Part shown: piece after piece, positions 48,605-58,750 of the stretch | Numbering within the stretch: position 1 is the first letter of the stretch | Layout: every line of letters begins with the position of its first letter | From: Candidatus Thorarchaeota archaeon | GTDB lineage: Archaea; Asgardarchaeota; Thorarchaeia; Thorarchaeales; Thorarchaeaceae | Assembly: GCA_016933575.1 (NCBI GenBank) | Contig: JAFGAR010000081.1 | Location: 32,001 to 96,000 of the forward strand | DNA: 64,000 bases | Direction: 5' to 3' | Notes under the pieces: generated by a model | Database searches by the model: none | The model's input: only the letters and a program-made list of their open reading frames with translations | What the model was told of the DNA's origin: nothing | Made by a program: the position numbers and the translations under genes

Positions 48605-49888
48605 TTAGTTACCCTCCCCTAATGCAAGTGGAACAATTCTTGTCATGTGCGTATACCTATCATAGACTTCGATAGGAACTCCAATCTCTTTTCCAACATC
48701 TCGCATGAGCTCGAGTCCTTCGGTTTCATTTGGACCACCGCGTCGCACATAGATTCTTACATTTGCATCTTTTAGCTTCTGGGCTGATTTTCTTAGTGCA
48801 CTTACAATCCCCTGAAATGTTGCCTTGACATCAGTGAAGTTTGCTATTCCTCCTCCAATTAGAAGGAATTTTGGTCTATTCTTCGGATCTGGTTTCTCTG
48901 TCATCAGGTCAATGATTGTCTGGGCATATAGCTCTGTGTGTTCCCGTGTTGGGTTGCCACTATATTCTCCATAATTCGCTAGTTCATTACCAAAGCCAAG
49001 ATCAACAATCGTGTCCGCGTATATCACACTGGCTCCGCCTCCAGCAACCATAGTCCAGACACGACCTTTTCGATTTAGAATTGTAAGTTTCAATGAAGAG
49101 CCAGTCTGTTCATCTATGCTCTGTATAAACGCCTCTTCCTTGGACGATTTCTGACCAAAGGATGCTGGAAACTCAATCGGAGATTCGGGATTTCCCCATG
49201 TATTTGCATGTCTGAATGCGGCAGTGTCGTCTAGACGAGCTTTCAAATCCAGAGGTACAATAAGACCATCAGGGGTCAATGCAAATGGGTTAATCTCTAG
49301 AAATGCGAAATCCTGATCAACATACACTTTGAAAAGTCCCTTTAGGAATGGGATGACTATTTTCTTGAGTTCACCCAAGCCCTTGATCTTTCCTTCTAGG
49401 TCAAAGTCCGTGATATCCGTACCAATTGGGATTGGTATATGGAGTACTTTATCCCAGTTCTCCTCCACGAATATGCCCCCTTCGAAAGAGAAGTGCAAAA
49501 TATCATATTCTCTTTCTGATGTGATAGATACATAGAACTCCTTCTCATGAGGTATGAATGGTTCCACTAGAAATCGTTTCAGTTCTCCTTTTGTACTCCC
49601 AACCTCAATCTGCCTTCCTAGATTCTCCTTCACAAATTTCTTCAACTGGGTTAGATCAGCATCAAGAAGTAGTAAGTTTGCTTTTCCTCTCTTGCCAAAC
49701 AGCTGATCTGGTTTTGCGACCAGTCTATCTGTCTTCAACCAGGGGTGTTCTTTCTCGAACTTGACCCAGTTGGTCTTCGGAGTAATTACAGCAAGTTTAC
49801 GATGATACTTGAATTCTGGAAAGTATTTTTCCAGTTCATCAGCTATAAGTTTCTTTGCAGAATATTCGTAGATTGATCTCTGTGCCAT
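48605..49888 (-). CDS. aclB: ATP-citrate lyase small (ATP-grasp/citrate-binding) subunit
   Basis: KPDQL...RGK, LEINP, WTMVAGGGASV.YAD, NYGEYSG.P, IGGGIANFT, VRRGGPN. Confidence 0.95.
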   Translation of the reverse strand: MAQRSIYEYSAKKLIADELEKYFPEFKYHRKLAVITPKTNWVKFEKEHPWLKTDRLVAKPDQLFGKRGKANLLLLDADLTQLKKFVKENLGRQIEVGSTKGELKRFLVEPFIPHEKEFYVSITSEREYDILHFSFEGGIFVEENWDKVLHIPIPIGTDITDFDLEGKIKGLGELKKIVIPFLKGLFKVYVDQDFAFLEINPFALTPDGLIVPLDLKARLDDTAAFRHANTWGNPESPIEFPASFGQKSSKEEAFIQSIDEQTGSSLKLTILNRKGRVWTMVAGGGASVIYADTIVDLGFGNELANYGEYSGNPTREHTELYAQTIIDLMTEKPDPKNRPKFLLIGGGIANFTDVKATFQGIVSALRKSAQKLKDANVRIYVRRGGPNETEGLELMRDVGKEIGVPIEVYDRYTHMTRIVPLALGEGN

Positions 49889-49907
49889 AGAAATACCTCC
49901 TCTAGTT

Positions 49908-51854
49908 CTATACTCCTCCTCCTTTCGTATAGTTCAGAAGCCCTCCAGCCAACACTATGTTTCGCTCTCGGTCAGTTAGTTGGCAGGTAATGGGTATCTT
50001 GGTACCCTTCCGTTTATTTATGATGAAGAAATGTGGTTCCCCCGCTTCAAGGATTTTACGGATTCCTTTAACATCAAGGATGTCACTTGCATCGATTTTT
50101 TCGAATAATGTAGCATCATCCAATGTACAGGGTAAAATTCCAAAATTGATGAGATTTGCCTTATGGATTCTCGCGAAGGATTTTGCGAGAATCATCTTCA
50201 CCCCAAGGTACATTGGTGCAAGGGCTGCATGTTCTCTACTAGAACCCTGTCCATAATTATTTCCTGCAAGTATGACTCCGCCTCCTCTATCCTTTGCCCT
50301 GAGTGCAATCGATACGAATGATGGATCGACTTGTTCAAAGACATGCATGCTAATCTCCGGAAGGTTTGACCGCAATGGCAAGATCTTTGCGCCTGCTGGC
50401 ATGATGTGGTCTGTTGTGATATCATCATTGAGTTTAATGAGTACTTGGATAGACGAGAGGCTTTTTGGAAGTGGGTCCATCTTTGGTAAGGGCACAATAT
50501 TGGGTCCTCTAATAACCTCTACACTTTCTGGTTTATCTGATGGTGGAAGTATCATAGAGTCATCAATATCGATTTTCGCAGGTAGATTAATTTTTAGTGC
50601 TGCACCAAGCTTCTTTGGATCTGTTATTTCGCCGAAAATTGCTGCTGCAACTGCAACCTCTGGACTTACCAAGTAGACTTCTGCATCAGCTGTACCACTC
50701 CTTCCGCTGAAGTTTCGATTGAAAGTTCTGAGTGATACTCCTCCTGATGGTGGTGCAAATCCCATGCCGATACACGGTCCGCATGCGCTCTCTAGGATTC
50801 TTGCTCCTGCAGAGATGATATCAGCAAGTTGTCCATTTTTGGCTAGATATGATAGTACCTGACGAGAACCCGGTGAAACTCCCAATACTGTATTCGGATG
50901 TATTTTCCGCCCCTTCAATAGTCCACCTACTGCGAGCATATCTTTCAGGGAGGAATTTGTGCAAGAACCAATCGCAACTTGATCAACTTTTAATCCGATA
51001 AGTTCAGAAAGTGGTACAACATTGCCCGGAGAATGAGGTTTTGCTATAAGTGGCTCAAGTTTACTTAGATTTATCTTGATAACCTGTTCAAAGTCCTTTT
51101 CGTTTGCTTCAGGAATCTCTACCCAATCATGTTCTCTCTGTTGCATGATTAGAAACTCTTTCGTGATCTCATCAGAAGGAAAGATTGACGTCGTAGCCCC
51201 TGTTTCAGCCCCCATATTTGTTATTGTAGCCCTCTCTGGAACTGAGAGTTCTTTTATCCCCGGTCCAAAGTATTCCAGAATCTTGTCTACTCCTCCTTTG
51301 ACCCCAAGCCTTCGTAGAACTTCGAGAACAATATCCTTAGCTGAAACATATTCAGGCATTTTACCAGATAGATGTACTCCGATTATCTCTGGTGCCTTCA
51401 GGTAATAAGCTCCTCCACCCATTGCAACAGCAACATCGAGGCCTCCTGCACCAATTGCTATCATCCCTACCCCACCTGCTGTGGGTGTATGAGAGTCAGA
51501 TCCGATGAGAGTTCTCCCTGGTTTTGAAAATCGTTCTAGGAAAACCTGATGGCATATACCATTTCCCGGCCTTGAAAAATAGATGCCATATTTTGCAGCG
51601 ACTGTTTGTAGGTATCTGTGGTCATCAGGATTCCTAAAGTCCGTCTGTAGTGTATTATGATCTATAAATGATACCGACAGTTCAGTCTTGACCCTCTCTA
51701 GACCCATTGCCTCAAATTGAAGATAAGCGAGTGTCCCTGTGGCATCTTGGGTAAGTGTGCGGTCAATCTTAATTCCAATTTCATCGCCAGGGTGAAGCTC
51801 TGGATCCCCTGACATAATATGCTCAGAAAGTATCATTCTTGCTATTGAGGTCAT
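49908..51854 (-). CDS. acn: Aconitate hydratase
   Basis: TQDATGT, DHN, GICHQ, GSDSHT, GSCTNSS, CGPCIG, TTDHI, NYGQGSSREHAA. Confidence 0.93.
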   Translation of the reverse strand: MTSIARMILSEHIMSGDPELHPGDEIGIKIDRTLTQDATGTLAYLQFEAMGLERVKTELSVSFIDHNTLQTDFRNPDDHRYLQTVAAKYGIYFSRPGNGICHQVFLERFSKPGRTLIGSDSHTPTAGGVGMIAIGAGGLDVAVAMGGGAYYLKAPEIIGVHLSGKMPEYVSAKDIVLEVLRRLGVKGGVDKILEYFGPGIKELSVPERATITNMGAETGATTSIFPSDEITKEFLIMQQREHDWVEIPEANEKDFEQVIKINLSKLEPLIAKPHSPGNVVPLSELIGLKVDQVAIGSCTNSSLKDMLAVGGLLKGRKIHPNTVLGVSPGSRQVLSYLAKNGQLADIISAGARILESACGPCIGMGFAPPSGGVSLRTFNRNFSGRSGTADAEVYLVSPEVAVAAAIFGEITDPKKLGAALKINLPAKIDIDDSMILPPSDKPESVEVIRGPNIVPLPKMDPLPKSLSSIQVLIKLNDDITTDHIMPAGAKILPLRSNLPEISMHVFEQVDPSFVSIALRAKDRGGGVILAGNNYGQGSSREHAALAPMYLGVKMILAKSFARIHKANLINFGILPCTLDDATLFEKIDASDILDVKGIRKILEAGEPHFFIINKRKGTKIPITCQLTDRERNIVLAGGLLNYTKGGGV

Positions 51855-51991
51855 TTCTTATGAGCACCTTCTTTTAGATACTCTGACTCCTCTAATGAGA
51901 ACTGGCCAAGAGAAACTACAATGACCCTCTCACGTGTTTGCCGCGCAATCTCCAGCTATAAATTCTTGTTGATGCCACCCCTTCACAAGAA

Positions 51992-52006
51992 TGTCGAAAT
52001 TCGACA
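51992..52006. promoter_or_regulatory. Palindrome TGTCGAA-A-TTCGACA upstream of the acn-aclB-aclA-icd operon
   Basis: Perfect 7-bp arms, about 140 bp upstream of the aconitase start. Confidence 0.45.
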
Positions 52007-52079
52007 CAAAATGTACGTTTTAAGACCACATCAATTACCAAGCTAGTGATTTGATGATATTTATTGTTTCTATTTTCTT

Positions 52080-52646
52080 CTAACCAAGCTTATTCTCGCC
52101 ATAAAAGAGCTGACCAAGTCTCTTCATCGCATCACGAACGCACTCTTTCTTTCCACTGACTTGAAGATGGCGATCTCCATTAAGAAAGACATTGACCCGG
52201 CAGTCTTCTGCAAGCTCTGATACAATCTCCACAGGAATATAATCTGGAAGTTTGATCCTAAAGTAGGCAGTGTCTTTATCTCGTGGAATATCTGAGATTG
52301 GCACCTTGGTATCGATATCCGTGTGAAGCAATTTTCCCTCTAATGCTAGATTGAATTTATGTTCCCACACCTTTCGAAAATCAGGTCCAACTCTCTCTTC
52401 TGCTCTGATAAGGAGTGAGTCTTTGAGAACAAGCACTTTCTGTTCTATCTCAAGTTTCAGTTGGGTGTCACCGCCTTCTCCAGCTCTGATATCATCTTCA
52501 AAGGAACTGAGATATTCTATGACCATCTTTGAGTTTCTAAGATCCGCATAAGCTAAATCTGAGAGAACGACACCGTTTCTCTCTAACTCTCCCATTAGAT
52601 CATTTAGAACCATCCAGACGGAGCGAAGATCAGCAAGCGAAGTCAT
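52080..52646 (-). CDS. DUF2096-like archaeal protein
   Basis: W.VL..L...L pattern and a C-terminal RI.LP...E...E.AE...V domain; directly downstream of hdrA. Confidence 0.65.
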   Translation of the reverse strand: MTSLADLRSVWMVLNDLMGELERNGVVLSDLAYADLRNSKMVIEYLSSFEDDIRAGEGGDTQLKLEIEQKVLVLKDSLLIRAEERVGPDFRKVWEHKFNLALEGKLLHTDIDTKVPISDIPRDKDTAYFRIKLPDYIPVEIVSELAEDCRVNVFLNGDRHLQVSGKKECVRDAMKRLGQLFYGENKLG

Positions 52647-52650
52647 GGAA

Positions 52651-55600
52651 TCACTCCTTGAGCATATCTTCAATCTCATCGAGCAAACTCTGTTCTCTCC
52701 ACCATCGTAGATCTCTTGCTCCAGTGGGGCAAATAGCTGCACATGCTCCACATCCTTCACATCTTAATTCATCAGTGACACTCTTTTTAACGCCAGGTTC
52801 GACCTCGACCATGCTAATCGCATCATATGGACAAATTTCAGAATAGTGGCAGAGATCACATCCAACACATAATTCTTCGTCGACTTCGGCTGTAAGCAGC
52901 TCTATCTCAACTGTTCCCAAGTTTAGCGGAATACTTGCCTCATTTGCGGCTCCTCTTGCTTGGTTTATTGAGTCTGACACATTCTTTGCATAGGTGCAAC
53001 CAAGAAAGACACCAGGAACAGTAGTCTCAACAGGACGGAATTTCATATGCATTTCAGATAGAAAACCATCCTGTCCTCTATTGATTCCCAATGCTCTAGT
53101 CAATTCACTGACGTCGTGTGGTGCTTCAAGACCCAGAGCAAGGACTACCATATCCGAGTGAATCTTGAAAGTCTCTTGAGAGAGTGTATCGTATATCGTC
53201 ACAATAGCTTCATCACCATCAGGAGACTTCTCCACAGTAATAGGTTGCTCACGCTCCCATCTAAGGTACGCAACGCCATTCTGTCTATTTTCTCTCCACA
53301 TCTCTTCCATACCGTTAGCAAATGGACGGATATGTTCCTTATACGCTGAGAATATCTTTGTTTCAGGGAATATCTCTTTCAACTCATGTTGAATCGATAT
53401 CACTGCTGAACAACACACTCTAGAACAATATCTATTGCCTTCACCAGGATTCTGACGTGATCCTACACAATGGATGAATACTGGATTCTTTGGAGCCTTC
53501 TTTAACTCGCCATTCCTAAGTTTTCTCTCCAAATCAAGTGTAGTAATAACACTTGGAACAACCCCCCAACCATATTCACCCTCTTTTGGATCGTAAGTGT
53601 CCATGCCAACAGCTATTACCATCGTACCAATTCGATGAACGGTTTGCTCGCCTGTTTTAACATCTTCAACATGGATATCATAGTTGCCATACGAACCATC
53701 ACGACCAACTACTTTCGTATTCAAAATGACCTTGATTCGTTTCTCCTTCTTTATCCGCGCGACAAGACCATCGACGATTTCTTGTGCAGAATTCATCTTG
53801 GGAAAGATATTATGTAATTCATTGAGTCGTCCTCCAAGTCTATCCTGTTTCTCAATGAGTAGAACATCAAATCCTTTTCTTGCAATATCGAGAGCTCCTG
53901 TCATTCCCGAAACTCCGCCACCCACAACCATCGAGGTTCGAGTCACCTCAACTCTCTTACGAGGCACTTCTTCATTGTTGAGTGCCTTTGCTACTCCACT
54001 TCGGATCATATCTTGCGCTTTCTCTTGCCGTACCTCTGGTGGCGCTTGGGTATGAACCAATGCAAGATGTTCTCGTAGACCTACAGGACCTACGAGATAA
54101 TATCCAGAGAGACCTGCAGCTTCCATTGCATTTCGGAATGTCTGTTCATGTTGAAGTGGCGAACATGAACCTACAACAATACGGTTGAGTTTATGTTCTT
54201 TTATCGCATTTGTAACAAATTCCTGTCCTGGATCCGAGCACATGAAGATGTAGTCTGTTGAAAATGCAACATGTGGAATGTCCTTTGCCCAGTCTGCTAG
54301 TGCCTTCGGATCAATCTCATTAGAGATGATACCTCCGCAATGGCAAATGAAGACGCCCACTCTTGGTTCATCACCCATCTCAGCAGGTGGTACTTCAGGA
54401 GGCATTTCGGGCACGGGAATTGGCAATATTGAATGAGCTGCCATTGCTGCACCCTTTCCCTCATTCACAGAATCTGTACCATCACGCGGGCCATGAGCGC
54501 ATCCCGCAACAAAGATACCAGGTCTGTTTGTTTCCAATGCTCCTGCATTTGGATCTCGTTCCTTTACCCAACCTGTTTCGTCAAGGTCAATTTTTAAAAT
54601 CTTTGCTAGATTTTCCAAGTCCTTCATTGGTCTGAAACTTGAGTTGAGAACGACCATAGATATCTTATCAAGTTCAATTATATTTCCTGTTTCTGTATCC
54701 TCCATCTTTACAAACAAGTCGTGAGTGTCGGGATCTTCTTGAATCTCAGCCACTCTACCTCTGATGAACTTGACCCCACGATTCTTTTCAGTATCCCAGA
54801 GAAACTCTTCCAATGCCTTTCCAGCAGTGCGCATGTCCATATAGGTGTAAATTATCTCGCAGTGATCTTCAGGATAATGCATCCTTGTGACCTGTGCAAG
54901 CTTCACACCAAAGGAACAACATACACGGTTACAATGATTGCTATAACCCTGTATATTCTCACGTACATCTCTGCTGCCTACGCAATTGACAAAGAGTACC
55001 TTACTTGGTTCTCTTCCATCCGAAGGTCTTACCATGTGGGCGTCCGTCGGTCCAGTAGGGTGCGTTTGTCTGTCATATTCAAGCGATGTGACAACATTTG
55101 GAAATACACCATACCCGTATTCTCCATAGTCAAATGGTTTGTATTCTTCAAAACCTGTCGCAACAATAATCGAACCAACATTAAGCGTGTATACCTTGTC
55201 TTCATCAGTGTAATCAATGCACCCCTGAGGACAAATGGCAGCACAAGTTCCACAGCCTATGCAGACATCTCTATCAATGGTGGCTACTAGTGGGATCTGT
55301 TGTGCAAAGTTGAAGTAAATTGCTTTTCTGAGAGACAACCCAAAGTCATATTCGTTTGGAACCTCTATTGGACACGATTTTACACAGAGGCCACAGCCAG
55401 TGCATTTATTCTCATCAACATACCTTGCTTTCTTTCGGATAGTGACTGTGAAGTTACCTGCTTCACCTTCTACCTTCTCCACTGTAGATAATGCATGTAT
55501 TGTGATATTCTGATGTTTTCCAACAAAGGAAGTAAGTGGTGTCATGACGCATGCAGAACACTCTAAGGCGGGGAAGATCTTGTAGATGGCAACATAGTTA

Positions 55601-55755
55601 CCTCCAATATTTACCGTCTTCTCAATCATGTGAGCATGATGTCCACCATTTGCCAATCCAAGGGCGGCATTGATACCGGCCATTCCACCACCGATTATCA
55701 AAACATCCGTGGGTTTAGCACTATTATCCGATTTTTTGGCTGCCTCGCTGACCAT
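52651..55755 (-). CDS. hdrA: Heterodisulfide reductase subunit A-like protein with two FAD modules
   Basis: Two GGG.(A/S)G FAD motifs, two CVGSR...C.RVCC motifs, an internal RVGVFICHCG domain, and inserted and C-terminal 2x[4Fe-4S] ferredoxins. Confidence 0.9.
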   Translation of the reverse strand: MVSEAAKKSDNSAKPTDVLIIGGGMAGINAALGLANGGHHAHMIEKTVNIGGNYVAIYKIFPALECSACVMTPLTSFVGKHQNITIHALSTVEKVEGEAGNFTVTIRKKARYVDENKCTGCGLCVKSCPIEVPNEYDFGLSLRKAIYFNFAQQIPLVATIDRDVCIGCGTCAAICPQGCIDYTDEDKVYTLNVGSIIVATGFEEYKPFDYGEYGYGVFPNVVTSLEYDRQTHPTGPTDAHMVRPSDGREPSKVLFVNCVGSRDVRENIQGYSNHCNRVCCSFGVKLAQVTRMHYPEDHCEIIYTYMDMRTAGKALEEFLWDTEKNRGVKFIRGRVAEIQEDPDTHDLFVKMEDTETGNIIELDKISMVVLNSSFRPMKDLENLAKILKIDLDETGWVKERDPNAGALETNRPGIFVAGCAHGPRDGTDSVNEGKGAAMAAHSILPIPVPEMPPEVPPAEMGDEPRVGVFICHCGGIISNEIDPKALADWAKDIPHVAFSTDYIFMCSDPGQEFVTNAIKEHKLNRIVVGSCSPLQHEQTFRNAMEAAGLSGYYLVGPVGLREHLALVHTQAPPEVRQEKAQDMIRSGVAKALNNEEVPRKRVEVTRTSMVVGGGVSGMTGALDIARKGFDVLLIEKQDRLGGRLNELHNIFPKMNSAQEIVDGLVARIKKEKRIKVILNTKVVGRDGSYGNYDIHVEDVKTGEQTVHRIGTMVIAVGMDTYDPKEGEYGWGVVPSVITTLDLERKLRNGELKKAPKNPVFIHCVGSRQNPGEGNRYCSRVCCSAVISIQHELKEIFPETKIFSAYKEHIRPFANGMEEMWRENRQNGVAYLRWEREQPITVEKSPDGDEAIVTIYDTLSQETFKIHSDMVVLALGLEAPHDVSELTRALGINRGQDGFLSEMHMKFRPVETTVPGVFLGCTYAKNVSDSINQARGAANEASIPLNLGTVEIELLTAEVDEELCVGCDLCHYSEICPYDAISMVEVEPGVKKSVTDELRCEGCGACAAICPTGARDLRWWREQSLLDEIEDMLKE

Positions 55756-55920
55756 AGGAACAGACTCCGTTGTCAGGTAGTAACGACGGCATCAACAGAG
55801 GGGGTGATATAATCTTTCTGTCGTGACCTTTACTACAATATCTATTCCCGAAAATTCGGTTGTGCACTCACACAGAATCGCTTATCAGTAATGAATTGAG
55901 CATGATCTTTGAGGACTGTA

Positions 55921-55940
55921 ATTAGAACACGTGTTCTAAT
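55921..55940. promoter_or_regulatory. Perfect 20-bp palindrome in the hdrA/hydrogenase divergent intergenic region
   Basis: ATTAGAACACGTGTTCTAAT. Confidence 0.6.
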
Positions 55941-56023
55941 GATACGTCCACATCTTTCATTTTATTAATAACCCACGATGGTACATCCTTGTCGACCGTA
56001 ATTACTGCGAGGTGTATCCCGAT

Positions 56024-57055
56024 TTGAGATATGTAAAAATCTCCACTCAAAATACGTATGAATTCCTTGAGCGATTAAAAAAAATTGGAGTTCTTTACGC
56101 CCCACATAAGATATCGGACAAGTTCTATGATTTTTGTGAAGTAGAAGATGTGAATAATGTTGTCTTTAATTATCACCGAACTATCCGTCCTCCGCGACAT
56201 TTCTTCTATCCTGAGCGCGAGGTTCTTTTTGCATTTGATACAAGAAAGGTAGAGTTGTATGAAAACACTCCTTCTAAAAGAAAGCAAATCCTATTTGGAG
56301 TACATTCATGTGATATAGTAGCCTTGAGAACCATGGACTCTAAATTTCTTGACGACCAACCAGATCCATACTATAAGACACGACGAGAGAATGGAATTAT
56401 AATCGGGCTGTCTTGTCTTCCTGATGAATATTGCTTCTGTAATGTACGACGTGTTGAGTTTGTTGATGCTGGTTTTGATTTATTCTTCCATGAACTGCCT
56501 GATGGCTTCCTTGTTCGTGTGGGTACGGTCGTGGGACACAAACTCGTTGATCCATATGAAAAGGAACTCTTCCAAGAGGTTACACCAGCTGATGTCGAAT
56601 ATATGTCAAGTTTTGAAGAGAAGCGGTCTTCCATGTTTACTGTCAAGGGGAATTGGGACAATCTTCGATATTTCATGGAGCTTCGTTTAGATCATCCCAT
56701 GTACATGCGGGAGAGCGAGAAATGTCTGGGATGTGGAAATTGCACATTGACATGTCCTTCCTGTAAGTGCTATGATGTTCAAGATATTCCGAGCATTGAT
56801 GGTAGGACTGGTGAACGTGTTCGTTTCTGGGACTCGTGTCAATTTCGTTCTCATGGGTTAGTGGCTGGAGATCATAATTTCCGTGAAACTAAGAAAGACC
56901 GGTTCATTAATCGTTACCACTGTAAGAATTCGTACTGTACAGCAACTACTACTTCCTATTGCGTAGGGTGTGGCCGCTGTACCTATTTCTGCCCTGCAGA
57001 GATTCAATTCAAGAAGAATTTGATGGAAATCGCAGGATATCACGGAGGTGCATAG
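56024..57055 (+). CDS. hydB: Group 3b hydrogenase beta subunit, copy 2
   Basis: (M)RYVK...[10 protein letters not shown]...[41 protein letters not shown] start after GAGGTG. Confidence 0.92.
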   Translation: MRYVKISTQNTYEFLERLKKIGVLYAPHKISDKFYDFCEVEDVNNVVFNYHRTIRPPRHFFYPEREVLFAFDTRKVELYENTPSKRKQILFGVHSCDIVALRTMDSKFLDDQPDPYYKTRRENGIIIGLSCLPDEYCFCNVRRVEFVDAGFDLFFHELPDGFLVRVGTVVGHKLVDPYEKELFQEVTPADVEYMSSFEEKRSSMFTVKGNWDNLRYFMELRLDHPMYMRESEKCLGCGNCTLTCPSCKCYDVQDIPSIDGRTGERVRFWDSCQFRSHGLVAGDHNFRETKKDRFINRYHCKNSYCTATTTSYCVGCGRCTYFCPAEIQFKKNLMEIAGYHGGA

Positions 57056-57057
57056 CG

Positions 57058-57933
57058 ATGGCAGTTCCTGTAGCAAGAGATGAGGGTAAGGACAATATCT
57101 ATGATACTGCAAAATGTCGTCTTCTGCGAAAATACAATCTTTCAGAAAATGACAAGTTGTTTCTCTTTCGATTTGAAGATCCAGAGATTGCAATGAATTG
57201 GCGTTTCAAACCTGGTCAATTCGTTGAAGTTTCATTACTTGGTCTCGGAGAAGTGCCTATCTCAATTAGTTCGTCAGCTCGTAGAATGGGCTTCTTTGAA
57301 TTATGTATCAGGAATGCTGGTCGTGTCACATCTCAGATACATAAACTTGAACCAGGTGCATTAGTTGGCATTCGTGGGCCGTATGGTAACGGGTTTCCAA
57401 TGGAGCAATTTCACAACCGAGACCTACTTCTTGTTGCAGCAGGTCTGGGAATGGCTCCACTTCGCTCAGTCTTTCTTTATGCACTCGATAATAGATGGTT
57501 ATTTGGTAACATCACAATCATCAACAGTGCGAAATTTGGAAACGAGCTTCTCTTCAAAAGAGAACTTGAAGCAATGAAAGATATCGCAACTGCTGAAAAT
57601 ATCTCTATAGTCCAGACAGCAACACGCGACCCTGATTTCAAAGGTCTCCAGGGTCGGGCTACTGCACACTTTGACAAGGTCAATGTGAATCCGAAAAACT
57701 GTGCAGTTGCAATGTGTGGTCCTCCAGCTATGTACAAGGGTATGTTTGAAGAGCTCATTGCTAGGGGGTACGATCCACGATACATCTTCGTGACCTTGGA
57801 GCGACGTATGAAATGCGGTGTTGGAAAATGTGGACATTGTAATATCGGTACAGCTACAAGCTGGAAGTATGCTTGCAAGGACGGTCCTGTCTTTGATTAC
57901 TATGCAATCACAAGTATTCCGGGGTTGATTTAA
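57058..57933 (+). CDS. hydG: Group 3b hydrogenase gamma subunit, copy 2
   Basis: KLFLFRFEDPE, FKPGQF, RGPYGNGF, ERRMKCGVGKCGHC, CKDGPVF. Confidence 0.92.
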   Translation: MAVPVARDEGKDNIYDTAKCRLLRKYNLSENDKLFLFRFEDPEIAMNWRFKPGQFVEVSLLGLGEVPISISSSARRMGFFELCIRNAGRVTSQIHKLEPGALVGIRGPYGNGFPMEQFHNRDLLLVAAGLGMAPLRSVFLYALDNRWLFGNITIINSAKFGNELLFKRELEAMKDIATAENISIVQTATRDPDFKGLQGRATAHFDKVNVNPKNCAVAMCGPPAMYKGMFEELIARGYDPRYIFVTLERRMKCGVGKCGHCNIGTATSWKYACKDGPVFDYYAITSIPGLI

Positions 57934-57934
57934 G

Positions 57935-58750
57935 ATGACAATAATCGAAGGATGTGATGGCGAGTGCAGACCACGTGTTGGGGTATATGCATTAACATCT
58001 TGCTACGGTTGCCAACTGAAGCTTGCCACGGTACAGAAGATACTCGAGATTGCCAATGCAGTGACGTTTGAGAGTTTCTACATGCTATCAAGCGCAAGTA
58101 AGATGCCTGCAGATGTTGATGTAGCCTTTGTTGAGGGATCGGTTTCAACTGAGAAAGACTTGGAAGAACTTCTTGAGATACGGAAACATTCTCGGATTCT
58201 TGTGGCATTGGGAGCCTGTTCCGTTAATGGTGGAGTCCAGAGCTGGGCAGAAGGTGAACTGGATTATGAGGAACTCTATTCCAAAGTCTATGGTGAATCA
58301 AAGATTGATATGAAAGGTCTTCAAGCAACACCCATATCGAAACACGTTGAAGTGGATTATTATCTTCCTGGCTGTCCCCCAGAAGAAGATGAGATATTGT
58401 ATTTCATATCTGCCTTTCTCTTTGGAACATTTCCTGAACCCAAGGACTATCCTGTATGCTCTGAATGCAGATTGGCTGGTAATCCCTGCATTCTCATTGA
58501 ACGCGGGGAACCGTGTCTAGGACCCGTGACTACTGCTGGTTGCAAGGCTCGGTGTATCTCCTTCAATGTACCATGTATTGGTTGTCGGGGTCCAGTTCCT
58601 CATGATACCGCTTGGTTCGACTCGTTAGCATTGACATTCAAGAACAAAGGTCTCTCAGAAGAAATAGTACGTCATCGATTCAGGATTTTTGGTGCTCACA
58701 ACCCGAATCTTGAACCGATGCTGAAGAAGATTTACGGAGGGAATAAGTAA
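57935..58750 (+). CDS. hydD: Group 3b hydrogenase delta subunit, copy 2
   Basis: LTSCYGCQL, VEGSVS, GAC, PGCPP, PVCSEC, CLGPVT.AGC, CIGCRG. Confidence 0.92.
   Translation: MTIIEGCDGECRPRVGVYALTSCYGCQLKLATVQKILEIANAVTFESFYMLSSASKMPADVDVAFVEGSVSTEKDLEELLEIRKHSRILVALGACSVNGGVQSWAEGELDYEELYSKVYGESKIDMKGLQATPISKHVEVDYYLPGCPPEEDEILYFISAFLFGTFPEPKDYPVCSECRLAGNPCILIERGEPCLGPVTTAGCKARCISFNVPCIGCRGPVPHDTAWFDSLALTFKNKGLSEEIVRHRFRIFGAHNPNLEPMLKKIYGGNK

Noticed and set aside
52651-55755. Selenocysteine recoding in HdrA, the hydrogenases or MsrA
   Set aside because: All are uninterrupted ORFs with Cys at the relevant positions; no in-frame TGA is needed.
12625-55935. CACGTGTT (E-box-like) at 12625, 51931 and 55928
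   Set aside because: A short motif in unrelated contexts. Two occurrences are already explained by the heptad array and the palindrome.
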